64,000 nt of DNA, taken from sequence record OR896824.1, one strand, 5' to 3'. The DNA is from Escherichia phage SmurfNell. The notes beneath the pieces are model-generated. The model was not told the origin of the DNA, ran no database searches, and saw only the letters and a program-made list of their open reading frames with translations. How positions within the stretch are numbered: position 1 is the first letter of the stretch; each line of letters opens with the position of its first letter. Position numbers and translations under genes: made by a program. This document shows positions 29,807-40,385 of this stretch, in pieces.

Positions 29807-31142
29807 ATGCAATTTTAGCTAATTGTACTGCTTTCTCCGGAGTCATAGTAATAGTTTTCCATGCATTATTGCGATACACGGCCATACGTCCAGAAGCCTG
29901 TCTTAAACCAGTACCTCCTTTCATAATTAAATCTACAACAATCGGATCTAGCTTTCCGTCAACAATACGTTGAACGCGGCCTGCTAACTGTTCTATGAGA
30001 GATTCATTATTAATGAGACTTCCCATTATTAAACAAGACAGCTCGTTAAGAGAAATACCTTCTGAGAAGATACTCTGAGCTGCTGCAAGCACACAGGGTC
30101 CGCCCTCCGCTACATCTTTCTGGATTCTCAATCGATCATCCAAAGGAGTTGCACCTATAATCTCATAGGTTGTAACACCACGTTGTGCGAGAGCTTCTAG
30201 TATTGTTTGGATTAGTTCCGTCCTATCACTTACAAAGAGAACCTTATGTCCCATAGACACATATAAATGTGCTAGGTTTATAATAGTTTCTCGATACTCA
30301 GGATGATTATACACATCGTTAGCACGTAATGCCCACGGTACATTCTGGTTTCCTGATAACTCAACAGGCACGGAGTACCTATGGATTGTAGGTGGAACAG
30401 TATTATTAACGGGTGGACTAAAGATCTTATATCCGAAGAAGTCTTTGAACATAACTTGCAGGCCATCCTTACGCTTTAACGTACCAGATAGACCAATCTT
30501 ATAGCGAGCACATGAGATCTCTAGGAAATTAGTGAAAGTTGTAGCCACACAGTGGTGTACTTCATCAACTATAACAGTACCGAACACTTTAGAAAGATTA
30601 TTCGCATGTTTATTCACTGTTTGTATATTACTGACCACGATTGGTGGATCAATATTATACTTCCCAGAGCCTATAATACCAGGTTCAAACCCAAACCATT
30701 TACGAACTTCTGCCGCCCACATTTCACGAATGGATGTGTTAGTGCAGATTACCAGAGTTTTCTGGCCAAACTTATATGCAAGAGCAAGAGCTAGGATAGT
30801 TTTACCAAACCCAGGCTTACCATTAATAATACAGGTATCATCACACTCTTCATATATAGGAAGCTGATCTTCTTCACGTAGCTTGAACTTAGGTTCTGGT
30901 ATTTCTACCGGAGCTAACGTGCGTTTATCAACTAATTCGTATTTTACTCCCTTAGCATCTAGTAAATCCAGACGCGTAATGGGAATCCATTTAATCTCTT
31001 TAGCAACAACACCACTATTCTTATACATAATAGGGTATTTACTAGTCATTGTCTCGATGTGATAAGTGGTTTGCTTACTACAATAATCCCAGAGTTCATC
31101 ATCGGGCTTGAAATAGGCTTTATTAGATATAACAACCTTCAT
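29790..31142 (-). CDS. SF2-type DNA helicase
   Basis: 450 aa; motif I GKPGFGKT, motif II VIVDEVHH, further helicase motifs. Confidence 0.8.
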   Translation of the reverse strand: MKVVISNKAYFKPDDELWDYCSKQTTYHIETMTSKYPIMYKNSGVVAKEIKWIPITRLDLLDAKGVKYELVDKRTLAPVEIPEPKFKLREEDQLPIYEECDDTCIINGKPGFGKTILALALAYKFGQKTLVICTNTSIREMWAAEVRKWFGFEPGIIGSGKYNIDPPIVVSNIQTVNKHANNLSKVFGTVIVDEVHHCVATTFTNFLEISCARYKIGLSGTLKRKDGLQVMFKDFFGYKIFSPPVNNTVPPTIHRYSVPVELSGNQNVPWALRANDVYNHPEYRETIINLAHLYVSMGHKVLFVSDRTELIQTILEALAQRGVTTYEIIGATPLDDRLRIQKDVAEGGPCVLAAAQSIFSEGISLNELSCLIMGSLINNESLIEQLAGRVQRIVDGKLDPIVVDLIMKGGTGLRQASGRMAVYRNNAWKTITMTPEKAVQLAKIAFGNCS

Positions 31143-31636
31143 AATTTTATTCTAAGTCTAGGAATTTCAGGCTCCTCTTGATGGACTTGATAAATAACAG
31201 GGCTATTATTTACCAGAATATAACTTATATAAGCTGGAACATAGGATAGCACGAATGGATATGGGACTTTAGCCACATAACATTGGTACTTTCCATTATA
31301 AATTCTTGCAGAATGCAGAACTTTAGACGTGATAACATCATAGAACGTAGTTTTCTTCCAGTTAATAAGATTTCCATCAGAATCTATGAACTGGCTACGC
31401 TTTGACCCAACTAATTGGGACAACATCGATATTCTACCACGAATAGGGTAGAGCTTATATGGTAATTCCTTCCGCTTCTCAAATAGGGCTAACCTACGCT
31501 GAGAGAATGTGCCGGGCAACTTCCTGTTATCTAGCACATATTTATTATATTTTGTTGTAATTACGGAATAATCACCTTCCTGCTCAATTGATACAAATGC
31601 CCGTAAAGCATATACGGGCAATTTGAAATCAAGCAC
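31139..31636 (-). CDS. Hypothetical protein
   Basis: 165-aa ORF between polymerase and helicase, overlapping stops/starts on both sides. Confidence 0.45.
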   Translation of the reverse strand: MLDFKLPVYALRAFVSIEQEGDYSVITTKYNKYVLDNRKLPGTFSQRRLALFEKRKELPYKLYPIRGRISMLSQLVGSKRSQFIDSDGNLINWKKTTFYDVITSKVLHSARIYNGKYQCYVAKVPYPFVLSYVPAYISYILVNNSPVIYQVHQEEPEIPRLRIKL

Positions 31637-34196
31637 CTAAAATCCTTTTCACATTATCCAGATCTTTACATACAGCAATAAACTTATCATCCTTGTACTT
31701 GCTGTGGTCTGGATGCTCTTTATCCATTGCAGCTAACTTCTTATACTCGAAATCTGCATCGAGTAATACACCTTTAACGTAACGAGTATACTCATCATCA
31801 TCAATACAAGCGATTGATGGGTGCTGTTTCTTCATCTTACCACAAGAGTAGTCACGAGAACCACCTTTCTCAGAATCAGAATCAATACCGATTGGGCAGC
31901 CAGGGATACTAATACCACGATCCTTCTGGATGTTACGAATCAGAATCTCGTTATACTGATCAATCAGATCTTCACGTACAATGGCAACCACGGAGTCGTG
32001 AACCAACATGACGATCTTCATCTCTTTTCCTAGACCCAGGGACAGGATTTCTTCATCAGCATCAATAGCACCTAACAGGAGACTGTCAGAAGATGCAGAC
32101 TGAATGATTGCGTTAAATCCAGAACGGATTTCTTCACCCTGAACACCACGATCTTCAGAATGGATATTGTGCAGACGACGCTTACGACCAAAGTGACTGT
32201 AGATGAATCCAAAGTTCTTGATCTGATCGTGGCACTTATCAATCCAACGCTTAAGCTGAGGGAATTGACCGAAGTAAGTTTCGATATAGTCCTTCGCATC
32301 TGCAACGGTACATTCAACAAACGGTTCGCCTGTCTTAGCGGCCTGTTCCAGAAGAGCTTCATTAACAGAATGAGCAACTTTAGCTGGGCCAGAACCATAC
32401 AAAATACCGAAGGTAATTGCCTTAGCAGCCTGACGCAGAGCTGGGAACAGCTTCTTAACATCACGTGGCTCACAGGTCAGTTTAAATACCATGTGTGCGA
32501 TGTTAGAGTGGAAGTCAGGGTATTTATCCGGCTCATTCTTCATGTTGATAAATACTTGTTGCATGTTTCTGTCACCAGACAGTACAGCAGCGTAATAAAC
32601 TTCCGCAGTTGTTAAGTCCCATGCGATTACACGGTATCCAGGAGGAGCTACTACACAACCCTTGATAATAGATTCATCACGTGGTAACTGTTGCAGGTTC
32701 AGCTTACCAGAAGAACTCAGACGACCAGAAGTAGTCATATGTTCATGGAAACCAGTACGAATGCAACCATCTGCATCAATGCTCAGAAGAATCTTCTCAA
32801 CATAAGTAGAGATCAGCTTAGTCAGCTTACGAATCTCTAGCAGAGTCTTAGCAATTGGATGCTGAGTAGCCAGTTCGTTCAGAGCTTCTGCGTTTGTAGA
32901 ATCTGCACCTGTATCCGTCAGTTTACCAGTTGGAGTCAAACCAACATAATCAAACAGAAGAACACGGAGTTGCTTAACAGAGTTCGGGTTAAACGCTTCG
33001 TTCTGATCCTTCTCCAGCTGAACGACTTCTGGATAAGTATACAGCTTCTCACGAGCCTTGTTCAGGTTGTGAGTTAACTGATACTGAGCTTCTTTCAAGC
33101 GATCAACAGAAATTGGTACACCACGATCTTCAACACGTTGCAGGAATACGCAACCAGGCATCAGAACATCATAGTATAGACTGCGAAGTTTTTCATTCTT
33201 CTCAATTTTCGGTAAGAAGAAGTTATGCAGACGCAGAGTAGCATCGGTATCTTTTGCAGCATAAGGCCACATAATATCAAATGGAATCAGATCATAGCTG
33301 AAATCTTCTTTCTTGATTTTATGTGCTTTGCAATAATCATCCTTGAACTTATCCAGTTCAAAGTCGTAATCGCCCATGTCAGTATACTTCATAGCCAGAG
33401 ATTTCAAGCCGTGAGTACCACGACGTTCATCGAGAACATAGTGTTGTAACATGGTATCATGAAGTCTACGCTCTTTATGTGCTTTCTCGAAGGAAAGTCC
33501 TAGATGATAGGAGTAAAAGTGCATATCAAACTTCAAGTTATGAAAAACGATCTGATGATTCTTGCTATCCAGAATTTTCTGGAGATAATGTACAGCTACT
33601 TCGGTGATACTGTCAGAGTCAATATAGACACCCTGATACTCTTGGTGAGACATAGAAACACCAAGCAGATAACCATCACGAGCATACAGAGCCGAGGTTT
33701 CGGAGTCGAATGCGATAGGCCCGATAACCATGTTATACACCATCTTGATGTATTCTTCAGCTTCATCTGGATCAGTAATAGGACGATAGTCACCGGCTTT
33801 TGCAATCTTCTCGCGACCATTAATAATGTCGTGAATACTTTCTACAGTTGCTTCAAAGACCGGTTTCATTTCAGGCTTAAAGTGTAGCTGAGCTGGACTG
33901 ATACTTGCAATCCAGTTGGCGTAGCCACCATGCTCTACACGTTTACCAGTATAATCACCGATACCTTTCTTACCTGCGAAATACAGGAAAGGTTCAGCAC
34001 CAACTAGTACCACAAAATCGTAATCGTTCGGATCGAACGGGTTATCTGGAGTTCCGATTGTAATATGCTTTTTCAGCAAACGACCAGATAACTTCTCGTT
34101 ACACATATGGAATACATCAACTTCCTCACCATAAAGCTGGAAGTGTTTATCATAACGAGTGTTATTTAGAGCTTTATCAACTACTGCAATTTTCAA
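31629..34196 (-). CDS. DNA polymerase, family A with 3'-5' exonuclease domain
   Basis: 855 aa; exo motifs FDSETSAL, HNLKFD, YAAKDTD; pol motifs DLTTAEV, RQAAKAITFGILYGSG, LVHDSVV. Confidence 0.9.
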   Translation of the reverse strand: MKIAVVDKALNNTRYDKHFQLYGEEVDVFHMCNEKLSGRLLKKHITIGTPDNPFDPNDYDFVVLVGAEPFLYFAGKKGIGDYTGKRVEHGGYANWIASISPAQLHFKPEMKPVFEATVESIHDIINGREKIAKAGDYRPITDPDEAEEYIKMVYNMVIGPIAFDSETSALYARDGYLLGVSMSHQEYQGVYIDSDSITEVAVHYLQKILDSKNHQIVFHNLKFDMHFYSYHLGLSFEKAHKERRLHDTMLQHYVLDERRGTHGLKSLAMKYTDMGDYDFELDKFKDDYCKAHKIKKEDFSYDLIPFDIMWPYAAKDTDATLRLHNFFLPKIEKNEKLRSLYYDVLMPGCVFLQRVEDRGVPISVDRLKEAQYQLTHNLNKAREKLYTYPEVVQLEKDQNEAFNPNSVKQLRVLLFDYVGLTPTGKLTDTGADSTNAEALNELATQHPIAKTLLEIRKLTKLISTYVEKILLSIDADGCIRTGFHEHMTTSGRLSSSGKLNLQQLPRDESIIKGCVVAPPGYRVIAWDLTTAEVYYAAVLSGDRNMQQVFINMKNEPDKYPDFHSNIAHMVFKLTCEPRDVKKLFPALRQAAKAITFGILYGSGPAKVAHSVNEALLEQAAKTGEPFVECTVADAKDYIETYFGQFPQLKRWIDKCHDQIKNFGFIYSHFGRKRRLHNIHSEDRGVQGEEIRSGFNAIIQSASSDSLLLGAIDADEEILSLGLGKEMKIVMLVHDSVVAIVREDLIDQYNEILIRNIQKDRGISIPGCPIGIDSDSEKGGSRDYSCGKMKKQHPSIACIDDDEYTRYVKGVLLDADFEYKKLAAMDKEHPDHSKYKDDKFIAVCKDLDNVKRILGA

Positions 34197-34258
34197 ATTT
34201 AGTCTCCTTTTGGTAAGTAAGTATAACTTCAGTGTTTCTTCTCTAACTTACCAATATA

Positions 34259-35149
34259 TTATACCAAATCTTTGAGCGATTCGGCAACTAAAATTTCAAT
34301 ACGTTGAGCCAACATATCGATCTCTTCTTTATTTAAATCACCCGGGTCTTTACCTTCTGGAAGAAGGAAGTTACCAATTACAGGTGTTAAACGTGTTTTT
34401 GTACGAATTAGCTTCGCCAATGCTTGCGCAGCTTTATTACCAGAAGCATCGTTATCTAGCAAGATAACTACTACTCTTACTCCAGCAATAATGTAAGGAC
34501 TGAACTTATCGGCAATGTTATCAGATGTAAACTGATGTGTACCAAAGCAGCAAGAAGCATAATCCACACCGTTATCTTCTAGATTTAACATATCAAAGAT
34601 ACCTTCAACTAGAACAAGAACTGGTGTATTATATCGTACAGGGAAAATCGGTGGTGAAACTTGTTTTGGTTTTACTAAGTATTTAGGAGGGGCAGAACTG
34701 TTTATAGAACGTCCCAGGAATAGGATATTGCGTCCAACAGCATCTGTTATTGGGAATACAATTCTGCCTTCCCAGTCTGCTTGATGTTGGAAAGCAAAAT
34801 ATTTCTTCAAGGTCTTAGAACTGATACCTCGGAAATCACCTTCGAAAAGGTAAGCAGATTCAGGAATTGCAAGATTCGTAGATCCATTCCTAATCTCTGA
34901 AATCTTTTTACGTACTTGTGACAATCTTGGGGACTGTCTGTACTGAGTCTCATTAAAATAATGGTAAATGCTCGGTATTCCTCTACCGAAGCCACAGCTC
35001 AAGCAATGCATAATACCTGATTCAGGATCAATACGCAAGCTTGGGTGTTTATCATCATGATCTGGATTGAGACAACAGATGAGGATGTCCCCACCTGTGT
35101 CTTTGTATTCAATGCCTTTCAGATCAAGTAGTTCTGTTATTCTACTCAT
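34259..35149 (-). CDS. DNA primase (DnaG-like zinc finger + TOPRIM)
   Basis: CCLNPDHDDKHPS...HCLSCGFGRG zinc ribbon; acidic TOPRIM-type motifs VVILLDNDASG. Confidence 0.75.
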   Translation of the reverse strand: MSRITELLDLKGIEYKDTGGDILICCLNPDHDDKHPSLRIDPESGIMHCLSCGFGRGIPSIYHYFNETQYRQSPRLSQVRKKISEIRNGSTNLAIPESAYLFEGDFRGISSKTLKKYFAFQHQADWEGRIVFPITDAVGRNILFLGRSINSSAPPKYLVKPKQVSPPIFPVRYNTPVLVLVEGIFDMLNLEDNGVDYASCCFGTHQFTSDNIADKFSPYIIAGVRVVVILLDNDASGNKAAQALAKLIRTKTRLTPVIGNFLLPEGKDPGDLNKEEIDMLAQRIEILVAESLKDLV

Positions 35150-36669
35150 ATATCGCTGGCCTGTTCACCTGTTGAATTTTCAGCTTTGTCTTTCTTAGCA
35201 CGTTTAGGTTGAGCTGGTTTATCCTTTTCAATAGGAATAACGAACTCAGCTTCCATTTGCGCAATATCTTCCATTGCTAGGTTGGTAGTGTTATCCATTC
35301 GCAGAGTTTCCCAGTTCATCTTAGGCATAAACTTCACACTATCAGAGGAACGAGTCTTAACGAAGTCAAACATAATAGCACCTTGACCATTATCAGCTTT
35401 TGCAGCATTAAGATTAGCAGCCATATCTGCGGAATCAAGAATCCCTTTAGACATACGCGTTCTACCATCTTGGTCAATCTGGTAAGGAGCAACACCAGCC
35501 ACGTTATGTTTCTGGCAGATAGATTTGAAAGACGAACTAACAACCATCTGTTCTTTCCAGTCATACATGTCAATGGTCTTTGAATCTGGAAGTCTTGTTT
35601 GGTTAATATAGTCTAGAAGAGCTACAGTAACCTTATCACCATACTTAGCAACTAGTTTATTTAATTCTACGTCAACCGTCGTAATAGACAGTTCAGGATC
35701 GTAAACGATGATCATAGGAGTGTGAAGCTCATAGCCTTCAAGGAGTTTACTTTCCATATCATAGAAGTCACTCATTTTAGCCATAGTGTATTGCTTAACG
35801 AAGTTATCGAAAAGCTCTTCACCACCATTAAACATCCTAGCCCTAGTTCTAGCTAATCTCAACAGAGCAGCACCTTCAAGAGTGTTATTACGCATTGCTA
35901 ATGCAGATACTCCAGCTAACATAGCCAGATTACGTCTAAACACTTCGTGCTCTTTCATCTCAATTGAGAAATATGGAGCAATGTCTCCATTCAAATATTG
36001 CTGAACCTGTATGTTTGAACAGATAATGGATTTACCAGTACCACGCCAACCACCAAGCAGTAACGTTTCTGTGCGAGCTAAACCAATTTGAGCGTCGAAC
36101 TCATTACAAATACCAAGAGCGATCAAGTTCAGTTTGGTATCTTCTTCTCTCTGGAAAATACGCATTGTGTCTGCGTTGAATACCTTTCCAGTATTCGTTA
36201 CTTTCTCTTCTAATTTTAAGTGAAGGGAGGCAACTCGGTTGAGAATTTCTCCCTGATCCAGCATTGTTAAATCTTGAAGCACGTCTGTTTCTAGAAGTTT
36301 CAGGAATAGATCCTGTGTATATTCGGCTTCTAGGACTTCAAGCGCCTGTTCCATGCTCACTTCTGGAATTTGAGTGTTAGCTAAGACGACAAGAGCTTGA
36401 GAAAGGCGGGCGTTCCTATTGGCCTCAAGCATCAGTGCGTCAATGGACGGCATTGCGTTATATTTCTTATAATAATTCTGGACGGCTTGGTAAATTGAGG
36501 AGAAAGCGTCATTAAAATGATCTTTATGCAGTTTTGAGAATGTTTCCAATGCTTCTTGCTTCTGTTCAGAAGCAAGAAGCATCTTCAACACTACAGCTTG
36601 CACGTTAAACAAGGTCATTCTCCTTTGCACGCTTTCGTGCCTTCTAAATGCAAAAAGGGGAAGGAGCAT
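35146..36669 (-). CDS. Replicative helicase-like ATPase (DnaB/RecA fold)
   Basis: 507 aa; Walker A LLLGGWRGTGKS; adjacent to and translationally coupled with primase. Confidence 0.65.
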   Translation of the reverse strand: MLLPLFAFRRHESVQRRMTLFNVQAVVLKMLLASEQKQEALETFSKLHKDHFNDAFSSIYQAVQNYYKKYNAMPSIDALMLEANRNARLSQALVVLANTQIPEVSMEQALEVLEAEYTQDLFLKLLETDVLQDLTMLDQGEILNRVASLHLKLEEKVTNTGKVFNADTMRIFQREEDTKLNLIALGICNEFDAQIGLARTETLLLGGWRGTGKSIICSNIQVQQYLNGDIAPYFSIEMKEHEVFRRNLAMLAGVSALAMRNNTLEGAALLRLARTRARMFNGGEELFDNFVKQYTMAKMSDFYDMESKLLEGYELHTPMIIVYDPELSITTVDVELNKLVAKYGDKVTVALLDYINQTRLPDSKTIDMYDWKEQMVVSSSFKSICQKHNVAGVAPYQIDQDGRTRMSKGILDSADMAANLNAAKADNGQGAIMFDFVKTRSSDSVKFMPKMNWETLRMDNTTNLAMEDIAQMEAEFVIPIEKDKPAQPKRAKKDKAENSTGEQASDI

Positions 36670-36700
36670 AGCCCCCTCCCCTTAGGTTTAATTTACCAGA

Positions 36701-37468
36701 TTATTCAGCAGCCGCAGCTTTTGCATCCAGTTTAGCACGCTTAGCGGCACCATCATAGTCCTTAGCAACCAGACCACGACGAGACAGCATAGATTTAACA
36801 CCGCGCTCAGACTTACCAGTTTTCTCAGCGATCTCAGCAACAGTCATGTTAGCCAGATCCAGACCTTCTAACAGATCTTCACGAGTTTTAGCACTTGAAG
36901 TTTCCTGTACCGGCATAGCAGCGATACGACCTTCACGAAGCAGACTCAGAGCTTTACCACGGATCTGCTTAATATTGCGACCGAAGTGAGCAGCGATAGC
37001 TTCAATAGTAGCACCAGCAACAACCTGATTAACGAAATCAGTTTCTTCGTCAGGAGTGAAGGAACGAACAGCAGCAGCTTTTTCGGTTGGCTTAACAGAA
37101 GCAGTCATTTCCAGACTCAGGATCTTACCCTGTACCTGCTTAGCACCGAACTGACCACCAGCTACAGCAGCAGCGATTTCAGCGTAAGTATACTGACCAG
37201 CATGAGCGTTCAGGAAATCAACCAGTTCAGCTTCCTGCTCAGGAGTCCACGGGGATTTCTGTACTTCGTTAGCTTTCTGTACTTCGAAACCTTCTTTACG
37301 CAGCTTAGATCCAACAGAGCGAGCGGTAACGTCTTTACCAGTCTCGGTAGCCAGTTCAGCAGCGATAGCAGCTACTTGTTCTTGAGAGATTACAGCAACA
37401 CCCAGAGCAGTGGCTTTTGCTTTCAGAGACTCGGTTACACCTTCTACGTTCCAGTTCAGTTTAGACAT
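36701..37468 (-). CDS. Abundant early DNA-binding protein with repeated helix-hairpin motifs
   Basis: 255 aa; four repeats of the type ...GK(I/A)LSL...G; extreme host-optimal codon usage implies high expression. Confidence 0.5.
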   Translation of the reverse strand: MSKLNWNVEGVTESLKAKATALGVAVISQEQVAAIAAELATETGKDVTARSVGSKLRKEGFEVQKANEVQKSPWTPEQEAELVDFLNAHAGQYTYAEIAAAVAGGQFGAKQVQGKILSLEMTASVKPTEKAAAVRSFTPDEETDFVNQVVAGATIEAIAAHFGRNIKQIRGKALSLLREGRIAAMPVQETSSAKTREDLLEGLDLANMTVAEIAEKTGKSERGVKSMLSRRGLVAKDYDGAAKRAKLDAKAAAAE

Positions 37469-38243
37469 TATTATTTTTCTCCAATAGTTCTTTAATCGAC
37501 AGGATTTCTATCCCATTCGTTTCGGCTTTCTTATAAGATGAGGAAGAACGTTTTGATTCATCCTCACAGATTAGGTATTTGACGTCTTTGGTAACGGACT
37601 TCTTAACCGTATATCCTAGACTTTCTAAATAGTTTGTTGCATCCGTTCGATTTGCAAAATCTTGCAAAGATCCGGTAATACAGACCGTGATTCCATTTGG
37701 CTGGGCAACTAAATCATCTGTAATGATGATATCCGCTTTAGCACCTCGAATACCCGTTGAGAATTTCCACGGTAATTCAATAACATCCTTGCCTTGTGGG
37801 GAATTTAGCCAGGTTTTGTAATTTTCTCCAGCCTTGCCGTCAGCCTTCACATCGTGGAAGCTAGTGCAATTTTGGGACAGTTTCTTTGCTGCAACCTCTC
37901 CAATAAGAGGAATTCCTAAAGAACCGAGAACTGAACCAAAGTCAATGTCTCCGCGAACCTTAGTATTTAACTCGCTAATCAATTTAGCGGCAACCTTGCT
38001 ACCCACAGCTCCGACCAAATCTTCTTCGGTCAGGTAAAACAGTTCTGAGATCTTAGTCAGCTCCAGCTTCTCAATAGTTTTCGGGCCAAAGCCCTTTAAC
38101 TTCATTTTTGTGCAGAAGTTCTCGATTAACTTACTTGATTGCGCTGGACAGTTGGACTTATTCCTACAGAATAATTGCCCGTTGACAAGATCTAGCTTAG
38201 AACCACAAGAGGGACATTGTGTTGGAATTTCGATTTTCATCAA
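37461..38243 (-). CDS. NAD-dependent DNA ligase, C-terminal subunit (Zn finger, HhH, BRCT)
   Basis: CPSCGSKLDLVNGQLFCRNKSNCPAQ zinc finger; C-terminal ITVCITGSL...KDVKYLICEDES BRCT-like; separate ORF from adenylation part. Confidence 0.8.
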   Translation of the reverse strand: MMKIEIPTQCPSCGSKLDLVNGQLFCRNKSNCPAQSSKLIENFCTKMKLKGFGPKTIEKLELTKISELFYLTEEDLVGAVGSKVAAKLISELNTKVRGDIDFGSVLGSLGIPLIGEVAAKKLSQNCTSFHDVKADGKAGENYKTWLNSPQGKDVIELPWKFSTGIRGAKADIIITDDLVAQPNGITVCITGSLQDFANRTDATNYLESLGYTVKKSVTKDVKYLICEDESKRSSSSYKKAETNGIEILSIKELLEKNNNV

Positions 38244-38270
38244 ATTTCTTCCTTATCAATTTATATAAAT

Positions 38271-38299
38271 ATTATAGCAAGTATTTAAGCATTTAGCAA
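38271..38299 (-). promoter_or_regulatory. Sigma70-type promoter inside the split-ligase gap
   Basis: Minus strand TTGCTA, 17-nt spacer, TATAAT, then ATTTATATAAATTGATAAGGAAGAAATTTGATG. Confidence 0.6.
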
Positions 38300-38442
38300 C
38301 TACAATTTTAACTAACTTTGCTTACCCTCGCCATAACTTTCTATCCCTCAACTGAATGATAATAGTATATACCTAAGCGGCGAAAATGTCAATAACCACT
38401 TTATAATTCCGACATGGTAAACGGGTAGCAAAGGGTTACGAA

Positions 38443-39414
38443 TTAGTCGTATACTCGCTCTACTATACAAGGGATTACACCACCAGCACGAATCACTCGA
38501 ATCTGGCAACCGATCTCTAAATCGAGAGCGTTAATATAATCAACGTTATTAAGAGTTGCTTTAACAATTGTGGCATCATCAATAATCACCGGCTCGAAAT
38601 AACCAACTGGAGTTACTTTACCAGAAGCCCCTACTTGCCATTCAACTTTAACAAGTGTGGTAATTTCGCCTTCTTCATCCTCTTTAATAGCAAATGCACC
38701 ACGAGGAAATTTATTAGTCCAACCTTCGCGATAGAATTTGTTGTTGTCATTAATACGAACAACTTTACCATCCGTCGGAATCCACTTAAAGAAGGAACGC
38801 ACGTTAACAACTGTTAAGAAGTTCTCATTCTCTAACCAAAGCATATCTTTTAAATAGGCTTCTGTAATACCGACTGTTTCCGCTGAACACTGGATACCAT
38901 ATGCAACGAAGATTAACCCACCTTCACCAATACGTTGCATGAAATCATCACTGTCTTTCAGGTTAATAGCACCAGAAGCGTAGTTACGCTTGTTCTCTAC
39001 TTCTTTAGTAATGAGAACTTCACCAGTGATTTGAGTTGGTACTTTTTGGGAAATAGTTTTGGGGATGTTCAGCATTTTAACATTATTCGTTACATCATTC
39101 CCTAGAATACCGTTACCACGAGTTAACGCTTGAACAAATTCACCATTAATGTATAATAGAGAAATCGCACAACCATCTAACTTATCAGTTTCAACCTGAC
39201 CTAATGGATTAAACGGAGCTTTATCACCACGATCGTAATAGACTTTCTGTAAAGAATACATACGATACAAATGAGGAATATCACCTTTCGGCCCGATTTC
39301 TTCCTCTAACGGGAATCTTTTAATCAGACGATCATATTCTTCATCGGAAATAAGACTCATTCCCTGGTAGTACGCTTCTTGACAACGTTTGATAAAGTCT
39401 TTTACATTATTCAT
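38443..39414 (-). CDS. NAD-dependent DNA ligase, N-terminal adenylation subunit
   Basis: KxDG adenylation motif TDKLDGCAISL; N-terminal NAD-binding Ia-like region; OB-fold region at C-terminus. Confidence 0.8.
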   Translation of the reverse strand: MNNVKDFIKRCQEAYYQGMSLISDEEYDRLIKRFPLEEEIGPKGDIPHLYRMYSLQKVYYDRGDKAPFNPLGQVETDKLDGCAISLLYINGEFVQALTRGNGILGNDVTNNVKMLNIPKTISQKVPTQITGEVLITKEVENKRNYASGAINLKDSDDFMQRIGEGGLIFVAYGIQCSAETVGITEAYLKDMLWLENENFLTVVNVRSFFKWIPTDGKVVRINDNNKFYREGWTNKFPRGAFAIKEDEEGEITTLVKVEWQVGASGKVTPVGYFEPVIIDDATIVKATLNNVDYINALDLEIGCQIRVIRAGGVIPCIVERVYD

Positions 39415-39607
39415 CGTCTGCTATTTCCATTTTGAGTTCTTTATTATACTGAGCAGCCATACCAGCTAAATCAGCAGCTTCTTTCAACCACGCATCTTTG
39501 TACGCTTTCTGGTTTGGAGTGCCGATACTATCCTGGTAATTGATTCTTGCTATGGAGAGCAAATTAAGTTTTGCTTGAATCTTTGGAAGTGTTATTGTCA
39601 TTGCCAT
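39407..39607 (-). CDS. Hypothetical small protein
   Basis: 66 codons from ATG at 39607 with GAGAGGA SD 6 nt upstream; translationally coupled to ligase A. Confidence 0.45.
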   Translation of the reverse strand: MAMTITLPKIQAKLNLLSIARINYQDSIGTPNQKAYKDAWLKEAADLAGMAAQYNKELKMEIADDE

Positions 39608-39636
39608 AATTGATCCTCTCATCAATTTATATAAAT

Positions 39637-39665
39637 ATTATATATGAAAACTGAGTCGAAAGCAA
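39637..39665 (-). promoter_or_regulatory. Sigma70-type promoter
   Basis: Minus strand TTGCTT, 17-nt spacer, TATAAT, leader ATTTATATAAATTGATGAGAGG. Confidence 0.6.
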
Positions 39666-39673
39666 GTACATTT

Positions 39674-39707
39674 ATAAAGAAAAAGCCAAGAACTAGGCAT
39701 TCTTGGC
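39674..39707 (-). terminator. Rho-independent terminator
   Basis: GCCAAGAA-loop-TTCTTGGC hairpin; minus strand followed by TTTTTCTTTAT. Confidence 0.6.
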
Positions 39708-40001
39708 TTTGAGTTCTTCAGCTCGTTTCTGTACTTCATGCAAGACCTCGGATTCACTGAGGATTTGCGTAAAAGCGTAGAATAGCTGTGATGTAGTTTC
39801 TAGGGTATAAGGAAAAGAGAAGCCGGATTTCGTTGGAAACCACTCTCCAGTAATATCTTGGAGCCAGTAACGAATTCCCATGTATAGATTCCCACGAAAT
39901 TCAGATACGGTTAGTCTTACTTGTTCCCCCTCCTTCTCCCAAAGCATGATGGACTGGTCGTCAACGTGTCCTTCATAGTTTTGATTTACCTGATCGCTCA
40001 T
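39693..40001 (-). CDS. PC4/YdbC-like ssDNA-binding protein
   Basis: RLTVSEFRGNLYMGIRYWLQDITGEWFPTKSGFSF matches the PC4-type ssDNA-binding fold signature. Confidence 0.6.
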   Translation of the reverse strand: MSDQVNQNYEGHVDDQSIMLWEKEGEQVRLTVSEFRGNLYMGIRYWLQDITGEWFPTKSGFSFPYTLETTSQLFYAFTQILSESEVLHEVQKRAEELKAKNA

Positions 40002-40013
40002 TTACATATCCCA

Positions 40014-40042
40014 AATACACAAAAAGCCCCCTATAGGGGGCT
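40014..40042 (-). terminator. Rho-independent terminator
   Basis: Perfect AGCCCCC-TATA-GGGGGCT hairpin; minus strand followed by TTTTTGTGTATTT. Confidence 0.65.
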
Positions 40043-40052
40043 AATTGGTTTC

Positions 40053-40349
40053 TTATCGGCCTACTGGAGAAGCACGATCTAACTCTGACTGGAGGCTCGT
40101 CACACGGCGAACTTTCGCAACAGGAATGAAACGGAAGCTATCGTTAGTACGAGAGAAAACGAGGATTTCATCTTCTTTCGGCTTACGGATGCGCTCACGT
40201 TTAATACGCTCAGCCAGGTATTTATCCTGAGCTGGATCAAATTCCATAGTACCCTGAAGGTATGTAGTTCCTTTCTGACGAAGTTTTTCGTAATGAAGAT
40301 AAAACTCACCAAATTTTTCGCATTGAGCAATAATTTCAGCTTTATTCAT
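40053..40349 (-). CDS. Hypothetical protein
   Basis: 98-aa ORF. Confidence 0.45.
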   Translation of the reverse strand: MNKAEIIAQCEKFGEFYLHYEKLRQKGTTYLQGTMEFDPAQDKYLAERIKRERIRKPKEDEILVFSRTNDSFRFIPVAKVRRVTSLQSELDRASPVGR

Positions 40350-40385
40350 AACTGTATTCCTTGTGTTGGTGGATTTATCTAAGAA

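Noticed and set aside
36986-37495. 169-aa plus-strand ORF antisense to the DNA-binding protein gene
   Set aside because: Antisense to a strongly codon-biased gene; Ser-rich nonsense translation
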